From Okamejei kenojei (Eukaryota): DNA of 64,000 nt. This document shows positions 36,797 to 51,126 of the stretch, piece after piece (position 1 is the first letter of the stretch; each line of letters starts with the position of its first letter). The stretch covers positions 4,836,001 to 4,900,000 of the forward strand of contig CM069160.1 of NCBI GenBank assembly GCA_035221665.1, written 5' to 3'. The position numbers were made by a program, and so were the translations under genes. The notes under the pieces were generated by a model that worked only from the letters and a program-made list of their open reading frames with translations, did no database searches and had not been told where the DNA came from.

Positions 36797-38985
36797 AACC
36801 ATATAACCATATAACAATTACAGCACGGAAACAGGCCCTCTCGGCCCTTCCAGTCCGTGCCGACCATTTGTTTTCCCCTAGTCCCATCTACCTGCACTCA
36901 GACCATACCCCTCCATTCCCTTCACGTCCATATACCTATCCACTTTACTTTTAAATGTTAAAATCGATCCTGCCTCCACCACTTCTGCTGGAAGCTCATT
37001 CCACACAGCCACCACCCTCTGAGTAAAGAAGTTCCCCCTCATGTTACCCATAAACTTCTGTCCCTTAATTCTCATGTCATGCCCTCTTGTTTGAATCTTC
37101 CCTACCCTCAATGGGAAAAGCTTATCCACGTCAACTCTGTCTACCCTTTCATCATTTTAAAGACCTCAATCAAGTCCCCCCTTAACCTTCTGCGCTCCAA
37201 AGAATAAAGACCTAACTTGTTCAACCTTTATCTGTAACATAGTTGCTGGAACCCTGGCAACATTCTAGTAAATCTCCTCTGTACTCTCTCTATTTTGTTG
37301 ACATCCTTCCTATAATTAGGCGACCAAAATTGTACACCATACTCCAGAATTGGTCTTACCAATGCCTTGCACAATTTTAACATTACTTCCTACTCCTATA
37401 TTCAATGCTCTGATTTATAAAGGCCAGCACACCAAAGGCTTTCTTTACCACCCTATCTACATGCGATTCCACCTTCAGGGAACTATGCACAGTTATTCCT
37501 CGATCCCTCTGTTCCACGGCATTCCTCAATTCCCTACCATTTACCATTTACGTCCTATTTTGATTTGTCCTGCCAAGATGTAGCACTTCACACTTAACAG
37601 CATTAAACTCCATCTGCCATCTTTCAGCACACTTTTCCAAATGGCCCAAATCTCTCTGTAGACTTTGAAAATCTACTTCATTATCCACAACACCACCTAT
37701 CTTAGTATCATCTGCATACTTACTTATCCAATTTTCCACCCCATCATCCAGATCATTGATGTACACGACAAACAACAGTGGACCCAACACAGATCCCTGA
37801 GGCACTCCACTGATCACCGGCTTCCAACCTGACAAACAGCCATCCACCATTACTCTCTGACATTTCCCATTCAGCCACTGTTGAATCCATCTTGCTACTC
37901 CGCCATTAACACCCAAAGATTGAACCTTCTGAACCAACCTTCCATGGGGAACCTTGTCAAAGGCCTTACTGAAATCCATATAGACAACATCCACTGCTTT
38001 ACCCTCATCAATTTCCCTAGTCACCGCTTCAAAAAAATTCAAGAAGGTTTGTCAAACATGACCTTCCAGGCACAAATCCATGTTGACTGTTCCTGATCAG
38101 ACCCTGTTTATCCAGATGCTTATATATATTATCTCTAAGTATCCTTTCCATTAATTTGCCCACCACTGACGTCAAACTAATAGGTCTATAATTGCTAGGT
38201 TTATTCTTTGAACCCTTCTTAAACAATGGAACAACATGCGCAGTACGCCAATCCTCCGGCACTATTCCCGTTTCTAATGACATTTGAAATATTTCTGTCA
38301 TAGCTCCTGCTATTTCTACACTAACTTCCCTCAATGTCCTAGGGAATATCCTGTCAGGACCTGGAGACTTATCCACTTTTATATTTTTCAAAAGTGTCAG
38401 TACTTCCTCCTCTTTGAATCTCATAGTTTCCATAGCTACTCTACTTTTTTCCCCTTACCTCACAGAGTTCAATATCCTCCTTAGTGAATACCGAAGAAAA
38501 GAAATTGTTCAATATCTCCCCCATCTCTTTTGGCTCTGCAGATAGCTGTCTATTCTGGTTCTCTAATGGTCCAATTTTATCCCTTGTTATCCTTTTGCTA
38601 TTAATATAGCTGTAGAAACCCTTTGGATTTACTTTCACCTTTCTTGCCAAAGCAACGTCATATCTTCTTTTAGCCTTCCTAATTTCTTTCTTAAGATTCT
38701 TTTTACATGCTTTATACTCCTCTAACACCTCACTTAATCCATGCCTCCTATAATTATTGTAGATATCTCTCTTTTTTCGAAACAAGTGTCCAATTTCCCT
38801 TGAAAACCATGGCTCTTTCCAATTTTTACTATTTCCTTTCAACCTAACAGGGACATAAAGATTTTGTACTCTTACAATTTCCCCTTTAAATGTCCTCCAT
38901 TTCTCTTCTACATCCTTCCCATGAAACAAAGTGTCCCAATTCACTCCTTAAAATCCTTACGCATTCCCTCAAAGTTAGCCTTTTG
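36797..38985 (-). mobile_element. Young CR1 LINE, 5'-truncated (about 2.2 kb)
   Basis: Frameshifted ORF2 pieces: [44 protein letters not shown]; accatata repeat tail. Confidence 0.92.
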
Positions 38986-39395
38986 CATGCTGTATCTCTG
39001 AACTAAACATCACATTTCTCCATATTTCATTTGTAAATTCAGAGTTCATTCTGATAACCTGCCAATGTCCTATTTAAACTGTTACAAAATCCTCCTCGCA
39101 GTTTAGCTTATGAATTGCAAAGGAAGGCTTTCAAATTTGACATGAGCCAATAAATCTACAACTTAATTTCTTCTTTGCGTTTGCTCATGTTATCCAATTT
39201 AGTGACTGTGGTGCAAAATTAACTGAGAATCTTGCCTAGTAACTATTTCATTTGTCATTCAAAAAAACCTATGTCTGCATGTGAAGGAACAATACATCAA
39301 TAGAACGTAAATTATGAACAAAATTATCAATAACTGCATAATATTAGTTGCATTTGTTGCTTTCAAGTTTGATAACAATCGTTTTAGATATATAA

Positions 39396-41840
39396 ACATA
39401 GAAAATAGGTGCATGAGGAGGCCATTTGGCCCTTCAAGCCTGCACCGTCTTTCATTTTGATCATGGCTGATCATCCACAATCAGTAAACCGTGCCTGCCT
39501 TCTCCCCATATCCCTTGATTCTGCTAGCCCTCTGGAGCTCTATCTAACTCTCTTTCAAATTTGTTTCAGTGAATTGGCCTCTACTGCCTTCTGTGGCAGA
39601 GAATTTCCACAAATTCACCACACTTTGTGTGAAAAAGGTTTTTCTCATCTCAGTTTTAAATCGCCTCCCACTTGATTCTTGGACTGTGGCCCCGGGTTCT
39701 GGACTCCCCCATCATTGGGAATTTATTTCCTGCATCTAGCTTGTCCAGTCCTTTTATAATTTTATTAATTTCTATAAGATCCCATCTCATCCTTCTAAAT
39801 TCCAGTAAATACAAGCCCACTCTTTCCAATATTTCCACATACGACTGTCCCGCAATCCAGGGGATTAACCTCGTGAATCTACGTTGCACTGCTTCAATAG
39901 CAAGGATGTCCTTCTTCAAATTGGGAGATGGAAACATAGAAAAATAGAATTTAGGTGCAGGAGCAGGCCATTCGGCCCTTTGAGCCTGTACCGCCATTCA
40001 ATATGATCATGGCTGATCATCCAACTCAGTATCCTGTACCTGCCTTCTCTCCATACCCCCTGATACCTTTAGCCACAAGGGCCATATCTAACTCCTTAAA
40101 CTGTGACCCCTTGTCCTGGACTTCCCCAACATCGGGAACAATCTTCCTGCATCTAGCCTGTCCAACCCCTTAAGAATTTTGTAAGTCTCTAGAAGATCTC
40201 CCCTCAATCTCCTAAAATCCAGCGAGTACAAGCCAAGTCTATCCAGTCTTTCTTCATATGGAAGTCGTGCCATCCCAGGAATCAGTCTGGTGAACCTTCT
40301 CTGTACTCCCTCTATGGCAAGAATGTTTTTCCTCAAGTTAGGAGACCAAAACTATACGCAATACTCCAGGTGTGGCCTCACCAAGACCCTGTACAACTGC
40401 AGTAGAACCTCCCTGCTCTTGTACTCAAATCCTTTTGCTATGAATGCCAACATACCATTCGCTTTCTACACAGCCTGCAGCACCTACATGCCTAATTTCA
40501 ATGACTGGTGTACCATGACACCCAGGTCTCGCTGCATCTCCCCATTTCCTAATCGGTCACCATTCAAATAATAGTCTACCTTCCTGTTTTTGCCACCAAA
40601 GTGGATAACCTCACATTTATCCACATTATACTGCATCTGCCATGCATTTGGCCACTCACCCAGTCAATCAAAGTCATCCTGCAGCCTCCTAGCATCCTCC
40701 TCACAGCTAACACTGCCCCCCAGCTTCGTGTCATCCGCAAACTTCGAGATGTTGCATTTAATTCCCTCGTCCAAATCATTAATGTATATTGTAAATAGCT
40801 GGGGTCTCAGCACCGAGCCTTGCGGCACCCCACTAGTCACTGTCTGCCATCCTGAAAAGGACCCGTTCACTCCTACTCTTTGCTTCCTGTCTGCCAGCCA
40901 GTTCTCTATGCACATCAATACCGAGCCACCAATACCGTGTGCTTTAAGTTTGTATACCAATCTCTTGTGTGGGACCTTGTCGAAAGCCTTCTGAAAGTCC
41001 AGATACAACACATCCACTGCTTCTCCCTTATCCACTCTACTGGTTACATCCTCAAAAAATTCAATAAGATTCGTCAGACATGATTTACCCTTCGTAAATC
41101 CATGCTGACTTTGTCCAATGATTTCACCACTTTCCAAATGCGCTGCTATCCCATCTTTAATAATTGACTCTAGCAATTTCCCCACTACCGATGTTAGACT
41201 AACTGGTCTGTAATTCCCCGTTTTCTCTCTCCCTCCCTTTTAAAAAAGTGGGGTTACATTAGCTACCCTCCAATCCTCAGGACCTACTCCAGAATCTAAA
41301 GAGTTTTGAAAAATTATCACTAAGGCATCTGCTATTTCTGGGGCTACTTCCTTAAGTAATTTAAGGCATCTGCTATTTCTGGGGCTACTTCCTAAATGCT
41401 GCATACAATCCTCCAGAATGTGGTCTCACCAGAGTCTGTACAACTGCAGAAGGACCTATTCACTCCTGTACTCAAATCCTCTCGTTATGAAGGCCAACAT
41501 CCCATTAGCTTTTTCACTGGCTGCTGTACCTGCATGCTTACTTTCAGTGACTGGTGTACAATGATACCCAGGTCTCGTTGCGCTTCCCTTTTTCCTAATC
41601 TTACACCACTGACATAATATTCTGTCTCCTTGATCTTACTGCCAAAGTGGATAACCTATCATGTATCTACATTATGCATGGCAGATGCAGTATCTGCGCA
41701 CTCACTCAACCTGTCCGAGTCACCCTGCAACCTCCTAGCATCCTCTTCGCAGTTCACACTGCCACCCAGCTTTGTGTCATCTGCAAATTTGCTAGTGTTA
41801 ATTTTAATCCCATCATCTAAATCATTAATATATATTGTAT
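39396..41840 (-). mobile_element. Stack of CR1 LINE fragments (second subfamily)
   Basis: [21 protein letters not shown] and FADDTKLGG (twice); acatagaaaa-type tails at about 39396 and 39933. Confidence 0.9.
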
Positions 41841-44800
41841 AAATCAATTAATTCAAAATAAATGCTTTAGAACTGCCTCTTCCAATTCACTTAATTTTAT
41901 TAAATAATGGCTTGCAATAATTAGTTGTTTCTTCTTTACTATAATTTAACTATAAATAAAATTTATAAATAATCGTTTATTCACATCCATAACCCAAATG
42001 TTGATTTATTTCATTTCTGTTACCGTGCAAATAAAGGTCAACAAAAGTGCTGGTTTTAAGCTAATTAAATAGTTACTATGCAAACCTGTTTTTTACTTTT
42101 TTAAATTTGACAGCAGCTGATATTTTCTGCCTTTTTTTTTCAAAACTATAGTTTCATGTGTGAAGATATTTCTCATGGCTTGCTGTTAAATTCAAAATCA
42201 GATCCTGATTACATAATATACAAATTAGTGGACACAGATTTGTGTTGCTGCACAGTGGCGCAGCTGGTGGAGCCTCTGCCTCACTGTGCCAGAGACCCAG
42301 GTTCAATCCTGACCTTGGTGCTGACTTTGTGGAGGTTGCATGTTCAGCCTGTGACTGTGGGTTTGCTCCGGTGCTCCGGTTTCTTCAAATATCCTAAAGA
42401 TATGCCGTTTGTAGGTTACTAAAATTGCCCCTATTGTGTAGGGTATAGATGCGAAGGTGAGATAACATACAAGCAGTGTAATTGATAGCTGGCATGGACA
42501 CAGTGGGCTAAAGGGGCTGCCTCCATGCTGTATCTGTGAAATCAATCAATTAATAGCCCACTTAGGTGAGCAGTGTTGTTGGTGAAAAACATGGAGAATA
42601 TAAGGATTACTTAAATTCATTACATTTGTTGATGTAGTGACCTGCTCCTCATTCTCCATAAACAGAGAGTCAAGAGTCAAGACATTGTCAAATGTCCCAG
42701 ATAGGACAATGACATTTTTACTTGCAGCAGCACAACACAATATGTGAAAACAGCACGTTGTAAAGCATAAAATAAACGAGAGCGAAAAAAAAGTTCAATG
42801 TGTGTCGATACACACATACTCACAAATACACGCATATATAGATCATTCGTAGACATACGTAAACAGAAACAAACGATACTAGTGCAACAGTAACAATGCT
42901 AGTCTCTGTAGTTCAGAGCTTATTTAAGGTTGTGGTGTTTTATATCCGAATGGCTGCAGGGAGAAGCTGTTCCTGGATGTTACAGTTTTCAGGCTCCTGT
43001 ACCATCTTCCGGATGGCAGGGTGAAATGAGTGTGTGGCCAATAACTGCCACAAAGCTTGAAATGAGGCATTCTCCCTGGAACAAACTTTGGGCAAGATGG
43101 AGAAATTCCTAAAAAATCCACAAGCTTCTTAGACTTAGTACATACTACAGTACAGCACAGGAACAGGCCCTTCGGTCTGCAATGTCGGTGCCGAACATGA
43201 TGTCACGTTAAACTAATCTGTGTGTACATAATTCATACCCCTCCATGCCTTGCATATCCGTGCGCCCATCTAAAAGCCTCTTAGACGCCATCTCTGCCTA
43301 CACCATCACCGGATAAACCACCAGGTTCTGTGTTGTATATATGTGTTAAATGTATGTTGTTGGAGTTCCTAGCTTGTTTTATGTGTGGGACGGGGAGCTT
43401 TTTCCAATCTCTTACCTCTACGGAGATGCAACTTATTTTCCGTATCGTATCTCTGTCTAAACTGCGGCCTAACAGCGAGGAGTTGGCGGCCTCTACTGGA
43501 GACAGACCTCGAGAGTTCCACCGCGGGTGCCTGCGGACTTTAATATCACGGAGCTCGCCGTCCCTGGTTAGAAACCGACTTCGGCAACTCCAAGCCGCAG
43601 GAGATTCAACCGCCCCGACGCTGGAGCTTCATGGCCCAGGTGACTTTAGTGCATGTAGCACCTCTGCCCTTTGATGACAAGGCTCGATAAAGTTAGAGTG
43701 TGTGTAAGGTGAATGTTATATTTACATGAGTTCTGATTGATAGCGTAACCAGGGGATGTGACACAGTGTCACATGTTCAGCCAGAGATTGCATTAATCAA
43801 TAACTTAGAGTCATAGAGTAACATAGCGTGGAAACAGGCCCTTCGGCCAACTTGCCGGCCAACATGTCCCTGCTAAACTAGTTCCACCTGCCCGCATTTG
43901 GCCCTTGCAGCATTCGTGTTGATACAGAGTGCAGCACAAGAACAGGCCCTTCAGCCCAACATGTAAACTCACAACTAATCCCATCAGTCCTGCACATGGT
44001 CCATATCCCACTATTCTCTGCCTGTGTATGTCTCCGTGCATCTATCATATCTAGTGTACTCTCATAATTGCATATACTTCCATCAGGTCTTGCCCCAGCC
44101 TCCAAGTTCCCAGAGAAAACAATCCAAATGTGTCTAACCACGCCTTGTGATGGAAATGTCAAAGACTAGAAGGCATAGCTTAAAGGTAGGATGGGGCAAT
44201 ATTAAAAGGTAATGTTCGGCGCAAAATCGTTGTACACAGCGATGAGTGTCTGGAATGCGCTGCTCGGGGTGGTGGTTCAGGCAGATAAGATAGAGGTATT
44301 TAAGAGGATTTCGATACACACTTCGATATGCAGGGATTGCAGGAACATGGATCACGTGCGGAAGAGGTTAGTTTAATTTGGCATCATGCTGGGCGTGGAT
44401 ATTGTGGGCCATAGGGTCTGTATCACTGTTGTATTCTGCTTTATCCTGATAAACCAATTCTGCATCCTCTCCAAAATCTTCAACCTCCTGTACTGTGTTG
44501 AGCAGAACAGCAAACAATACCCTAAATCTGGACTAACCGCACTTTTCACATGTTCTCACTTTATTTTAACACTTTAAAATTTACAGATCTGCATGCAGGG
44601 TGCATAATGTTGTAAATTAAATCATATGTTGATATTATCCGGGTCAGTCCTTGAGTGAAAGTACGTCCATAAGAAGTGTCTGCGGCTTGTTTTCAGTATT
44701 AGTTAGGGATATGGTGAGAATAGAAAGATTTTAATTTTGCTGGTCATGCCCCTTGTTTGAAATGTACCGTATTTTACATTTACGTTTTGTGTACCTTTTT

Positions 44801-45164
44801 TGAGATAATTATATTTCATGAAAAGTTAGGGAAATGCTTCCTGTGTCTAATATTATGCACGGGTTATGCTACAAGCCGCCCAATATTCAGCACTAATTTA
44901 AAGAACATATGTACGTAAATCACAGAGCAGTGTAAAAGCAATTTAATAGATTAATTTGTGGTCAATAAAACGGAAAGTCCTTCGAGCGAGAAGTACTCCA
45001 CACTTTGTAGGGAATTGGGTAAGTGGTGGAAATGTCAATTTCGAAACACTTTGGGAACAATGACCACAATTCTATATGTTTAAAGATGGTTATCAGAAAG
45101 GAAAAGTGTGGTTTTCGAATTAAAGTCCTGAATTGAAAGGGAGCTGATTTCAATTGAATCAGAT

Positions 45165-46637
45165 ATAACTATATAACAACTACAGCACGGAAACAGGCCC
45201 TCTCGGCCCTTCCAGTCCGTGCCGACCATTTGTTTTCCCCTAGTCCCATCTACCTGCACGCAGACCATACCCCTCCATTCCCTTCACGTCCATATACCTA
45301 TCCACTTTAGTCTTAAATGTTAAAATCGATCCTGCCTCCACCACCTCTGCTGGAAGCTCATTCCACACAGCCACCACCCTCTGAGTAAAGAAGTTCCCCC
45401 TCACGTTACCCCGAAACTTCTGTCCCTTAATTCTCATGCCATGCCCTCTTGTTTGAATCTTCCCTACCCACAATGGGAAAAAGGTATCCACGTCAACTCT
45501 GTCTATCCCTTTCATCATTTTAAAGACCTCAATCAAGTCCCCCCTTAACCTTCTGCGCTCCAAAGAATAAAGACCTAACTTGTTCAACCTTTCTCTGTAA
45601 CATAGTTGCTGGAACCCTGGCAACATTCTAGTAAATCTCCTCTGTACTCTCTCTATTTTGTTGACATCCTTCCTATAACTAGGCGACCAAAATTGTACAC
45701 CATACTCCAGAATTGGTCTTACCAATGCCTTGTACAATTGTAACATTACTTCCCTACTCCTATATTCAATGCTCTGATTTACAAAGGCCAGCACACCAAA
45801 GGCTTTCTTTTCCACCCTATCTACATGCGATTCCGCCTTCAGGGAACTATGCACAGTTATTTCCTAGATCCCTCTGTTCCACAGCATTCCTCAATTCCCT
45901 ACCATTTACCATGTACTTCCTATTTTGATTTGTCCTGCCAAGATGTAGCACTTCACACTTAACAGCATTAAACTCCATCTGCCATCTTTCAGCCCACTTT
46001 TCCAAATGGCCCAAATCTCTCTGTAGACTTTGAAAATCTACTTCATTATCCACAACACCACCTATCTTAGTATCATCTGCATACTTACTTTATCCAATTT
46101 TCCACCCCATCATCCAGATCATTGATGTACATGACAAACAACAGTGGACCCAACACAGATCCCTGAGGCACCCCACTGGTCACCGGCTTCCAACCTGACA
46201 AACAGCCATCCACCATTACTCTCTGACATCTCCCATTCAGCCACTGTTGAATCCATCTTGCTACTCCGCCATTAACACCCAAAGATTGAACCTTCTTAAC
46301 CAACCTTCCATGGGGAACCTTGTCAAAGGCCTTACTGAAATCCATATAGACAACATCCACTGCTTTACCCTCATCAATTTCCCTACTTATCGCTTCAAAA
46401 AAATCAAGAAGGTTTGTCAAACATGACCTTCCAGGCACAAATCCATGCTGACTGTTCCTGATCAGACCCTGTTTATCCAGATGCTTATATATATTATCTC
46501 TAAGTATCCTTTCCATTAATGTGCCCACCACTGACGTCAAACTAATAGGTCTATAATTGCTAGGTTTATTCTTTGAACCCTTTTTAAACAATGGAACAAA
46601 ATGCGCAGTACGCCAATCCTCCGGCACTATTCCCGTT
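45165..46637 (-). mobile_element. Young CR1 LINE, 5'-truncated, near-identical to 36800-38272
   Basis: Same ORF2 motifs and 3' tail, with long identical stretches shared with the 37-38 kb copy. Confidence 0.92.
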
Positions 46638-48291
46638 AACGGTGAATATAAATTGATCTATCCCAGGTTTTATGGGAAGCAAAGGAAGATATTACTAGAG
46701 CTGTTACTCTGACTGGGGGCATCAACGGAATATTGCAAGGGGCAGTGGAGCATTGTTGCATTATATACATACATGGCTTGGATATGAACGTTGGTGGACC
46801 TACTGGGGGCACGGAAATTGGTGGCTACTGGACAGTGAAAGAGCATATGGAAGAATAGAAAGGTACGTGGATCAGCTGCTAAGTTGAGAGGAGCACTGGC
46901 AGATATAACTTTATCAGGACATAAGAGAGTATCAATTTTGGGATGGACAAATAGAACAAATGGCACCAATGACATGGATGAAAGGGCAGTAGATAGAGAC
47001 GTGTGAAAATGCACACCTCCAGATTGAGGAGACCGTCTCTTCCCAGCTGTTATCAGGCAGTGAATCATCCTGCCACAACCAGAGAGCAGTCCTGAACTAC
47101 TGTCTACCTCATTGGTGACTCTCAGACTATCTTTGATCGGACTTTACAGGATTTACCTTGCACTAAACGTTGCTCCCTTATCATGCATCTGTAAACAATA
47201 AATTGCTCGTTTGTAATAATGAATTGTCTTTCCACTGACTGGTTAGCACCCAACAAAAGCTTTTCACTGTACCTCCGTGCAAGTGACAAACTAAACTGAA
47301 CTGAACACTGTTGTTTTGCTGGTAGATTTTAAGGCGACTGGATTATAAAGTGATTTCGCACTGATTTTCCCAGATGGCATACGGCAGTCTGTGTGGGTAG
47401 AAATGGGGAATAGCTGGAGTGTAATTAGAGAAATGTGAAATAATTGTTTCAGATTACTGCATTGATGGAAAGGATGGGACCAGTGCAGGGTCATAAAAGC
47501 AAATTCCCGTGTGCTCGAAGGAAGGTTTCCACGCTGTAGAGGGAGGTTATTTCGAAGGGTGCTGTGATCGCAGTAAACCTACTTTGAAAACATATTAAAA
47601 GGGTAGAATAAGGATTTGCACGGACAAATAGCACTACAAGGCAGGACTCGAGTAAGAGAAGGGATATCATGTTCAGAGGCGAACTCCAACTGCAGTATGA
47701 AATTTCAACAAGTGCAGCTTGTCCAACAAGTGTAGTCCAACTCCTCCTGGATCACCCATATTGAAGCAACCACCAAGAAAATGCACCAACGCCTCTACTT
47801 CCTTGAAGGCTTAGGACGTTTGGCATGTCCTCTACAACTCTCAACAACTTCTACAGATGCACCATAGAAAGCATTTTATCAGGATGCGTCACAGCTTGGT
47901 CTGATAAAAGCTCCATCCAACACCGCAAGAAATTGCAGTGAATTGTGAACGCAGCCCAGATCATCACACAAACCAACCCCTCCTATTGACTCCATTTATA
48001 GCTCACGCTGCCTCAGCAAGGCCAGCAGCATAATGAAGGATCAGTTGCACCTGGCCACGCCTTCTTCTCCCCTCTCCCCTCTCCCTTCGGGCAAAAGGTG
48101 TAGAAGTGTGAAAACGCACACCTTCATATTCAGGGACAGTTTCTTCATGCTATTGTCAGGAAACTGCATAATCCTACCACGATCAGAGAGCAGTGCTGAA
48201 CTACTATCTACCACTTCAGCGACTCTCGGATTATCCTTGATAGGATTTTGCTGGCTTTACCTTGCATTAAGCGTTGTTCCATTATTATATA

Positions 48292-48658
48292 TCGTGGCGG
48301 TAAGGTCGAGGATGAGGGTCCAGACTAAGAACGATCCAACCTACAAGACCTCAACGGCGGACCAGGCGGACGAAGTTTTCTTGAAATCAACGGCTGTGAA
48401 GGCGGATGAAGACTGCAACAGATCCATCAGCTCCAGTCGTCTTGGTTCCCTTGCCATTGGAATGAGTTGATTGATTTGTGAAGGACCTTGTCCTTCTTGG
48501 AGTGCAACATCGAGCACACGTTAAACAAACACACGCACAGGCGTCTTCGTTCTGTGAGCTGCAAAGCCAGGATTGGATTCATAAGCCACCCGAGAGTCCA
48601 TAAAGACAACAGAACGTAAACCATCATCCTCGACCTCGAGGGATCGCCACGACGGCGG
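48292..48658 (+). mobile_element. Short RTE-derived element nested in a Rex1/Babar 3' end
   Basis: The 3' part encodes CKARIGFISHPRVH (RTE C-terminal motif) and ends catcctcgacctcgagggatcgccacgacg. Host tail sequence resumes at gtatctgtacact. Confidence 0.55.
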
Positions 48659-49289
48659 ATCGTGTATCTGTACACTGTAATGGCTCGATTCATGTATTGT
48701 CTTTCTGCTGACTGGACAGAACTGAATTATCATTAGACCTGGCTAAAACTGTAAGCGAACTGATGCCAAATGTTCCCGTGTACGACACGTTGCTGTAAGA
48801 TAGAGCGGGGTAGAATCGGTGGGTGGAACTGGGGCTGAGTGAGGAGTGAGCTGTGACGCCGCAGAGATAGGATGTCCCGTGATGGTAGAAGATCCATCTA
48901 TTCAGAGATAGGGACGGCACAATCGCGCAGCTGGTAGAACTGCTGCCTCACAGCACCAGAGACCATGGGTACGATCTTGACCTCAGGTGCTATCTGTGTG
49001 GAGTTTGCATGTTCTTTATGTGACCACAAGGGTTTTGTCGGGTGATCCGGGTCCCTCCCACATCCCAAACACGTGCATATTTGAGGTTAATTGGCCTCTG
49101 TATAATGTGCAGGGAGTTGCTGCGAAAGTGGAAAAACAAAACTAAGGCCTCGCACTCTGACAACCCCTAATCAGCCCTTGTTTTTCCAACTGCTGGGAGA
49201 TCTTTGTTCTCAGAATCCTTTCCAATCACTCTCTCATCACCTTTGTGATCACTGGCCGTTAGTTCCCAGGTTTCTCCGTATAGACCCTC

Positions 49290-49490
49290 TAGAATAAATG
49301 CACAGCTTCCCAATATTCTGATATTTCATCCATGGCTGGGAACCGCTGGGGTTTAAGCTTCCCAAGCGAAATATGAGATGCTGTTCCATTAATTTGCTTG
49401 TTACCTCACTCTGACAGAGGAGGTGCTCCAGGACAGACAGGTCTGTATGGGAATGGGAAGTGGAGTGAAAGTGTTTGGAGATCGGGAGAT
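49290..49490 (-). mobile_element. Penelope-like GIY-YIG fragment
   Basis: DLPISKHFHSTSHSHTDLSVL...[15 protein letters not shown] within ORF 49249-49602. Confidence 0.75.
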
Positions 49491-49545
49491 CGCGGACTGA
49501 TTGCAAGTTTCCAAGGCGGACTGATTGCAAGTTCTCTTCCGTTGG

Positions 49546-49582
<37 letters not shown>

Positions 49583-50037
49583 CGGTGGAGGTCTCTCTCC
49601 AAAGGCGTCTTCCCCCTTTACGTTGGGGACCTGGGGTGGAGAGTTAAGGAATAAGAATGTCTTCCTGCTAAGGAATAAGAATGTCTTCAATGCAGGTATA
49701 ATTTGAGGATGGATGAGGGATATTCCAGCGGGCAGGGTACTCAGACACATCCGCTCCGCAGGCGACCTGTTGCGCAATCGGTAGATTAGCGGGGGACATG
49801 AAATACGGGGCATGACTCTACTGACTAATATATGAAATATATTTAACAATTATATCAACGGAACTGTGACGAGATATCGGCGCAGGTTAAAACAAGAGTC
49901 AGCAGGTGACAATCACGGTATAAAGGGCTCTGATTCTGTGATGCCGTGTTCATTGAGTCGTTTTCTGTTGAAACGGTGAGCTGCGGTTGTGTGAAGGAAT
50001 AGGGACAACGGCGAATTTAGAGTCGCCAGCTCCAGTG

Positions 50038-50939
50038 TTACATCCGCACCAGTTTCAAGAGATTACTCAAAAACCGGGTTACATGGCTAATCGCGTTCTT
50101 CACCTCCTCTCTGAATTTTTTCTGTGTCATTCCGTAGATACACGTGTTGGCGCAGGAGTTGACATAGATAAGTAGGACACCCACCTCATTGGCGATATAT
50201 GAGGGACTCGTATGATTTCCATCGGCGGGACTGACAGTGACTCGAGTGCAGACGAAGGTCACAGTTTCCGTTGTCCACAGCAGTATATAGACGCCGGACA
50301 CAGTGAAGAGTAAAACTATGGATTTACGCCGATTCTCCGCCTCGGTGTCATTGCCTTCCAGCCCTTTCAGCCGCCGGCGGACCCTGCTGGCCGCTACGGT
50401 GTTCCTGACCGTCAGACCGTTGAAGAATAGGATCAGAAGGAAAGGGAGGAATGAGAGGGAGATGCTACACATCCAGGAGAACATGATCCACCAGATGGAG
50501 GTCAGATAGGCGGCTTTGGGCCAGCACCCCCAGTTCACATTGTCCTTGGTGAAGCGCGGCTCGTACATGAACAAAAAGGGGATGTACTTTATGCAGCTCA
50601 GCGCACACATGGACACAATGACTGTGACGGCCGTCCTATCCGTGCAATATGTGAGTCTCAGCTTCGGGCAGCAAATGCTGACAAAACGGTCAAAGGTGAA
50701 AGACACGGTTAACCAGACGGAGTAGTCCAGGGTGACGATCCGCAGGTAAACGTCGGACGGACACACTGCGCTGAGGGAGAGGAAAGAGTTCGGGTTGTAG
50801 TAACCGTAGATTCCTTGCAGCAACACGTGGAAGATGATCACCAGCAGACCGGACATTGCCATCGCCAACATGTAACGCGTGATTCCTTTGGTGAGACCAC
50901 ACTTTCCCCGGCACAGGACCGCAGCCGTCAGTACGTTCG
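50038..50939 (-). CDS. GPR139-like class A GPCR, exon 2 (TM1 second half to C-terminus)
   Basis: Seven-TM hydrophobic pattern: ANVL, CGLTKGITRYMLAMAMSG, SVWLTVSFTFDRFVSICCP, FLLILFFN, ENRRKSIVLLF, NSCANTCIY. Acceptor cttcctccag| at 50940. Motifs match the GPR139/GPR142-like group. Confidence 0.9.
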
Positions 50940-51126
50940 CTGGAGGAAGCACAGAACACTTCGATATCATTATTTAAACAGAGCAACCAATACAACAGAA
51001 CACAAAGTTTCTGCGATCAGTGCGATGCCATCAATTCAGATGAATCGCTGAGGCAACCAAAAGTAAAGATAATTCGTTCATTAGTGAAAGTAATGCAAAA
51101 ACAGCATAACACGGTGCTCTACCTAT

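Noticed and set aside
36797-46637. An intact, autonomous LINE
   Set aside because: All copies are 5'-truncated and frameshifted, with no ORF1 or complete endonuclease domain.
50303-51051. Antisense and alternate-frame ORFs over the GPCR exons (also 62318-62524)
   Set aside because: Shadows of GC3-rich coding sequence.
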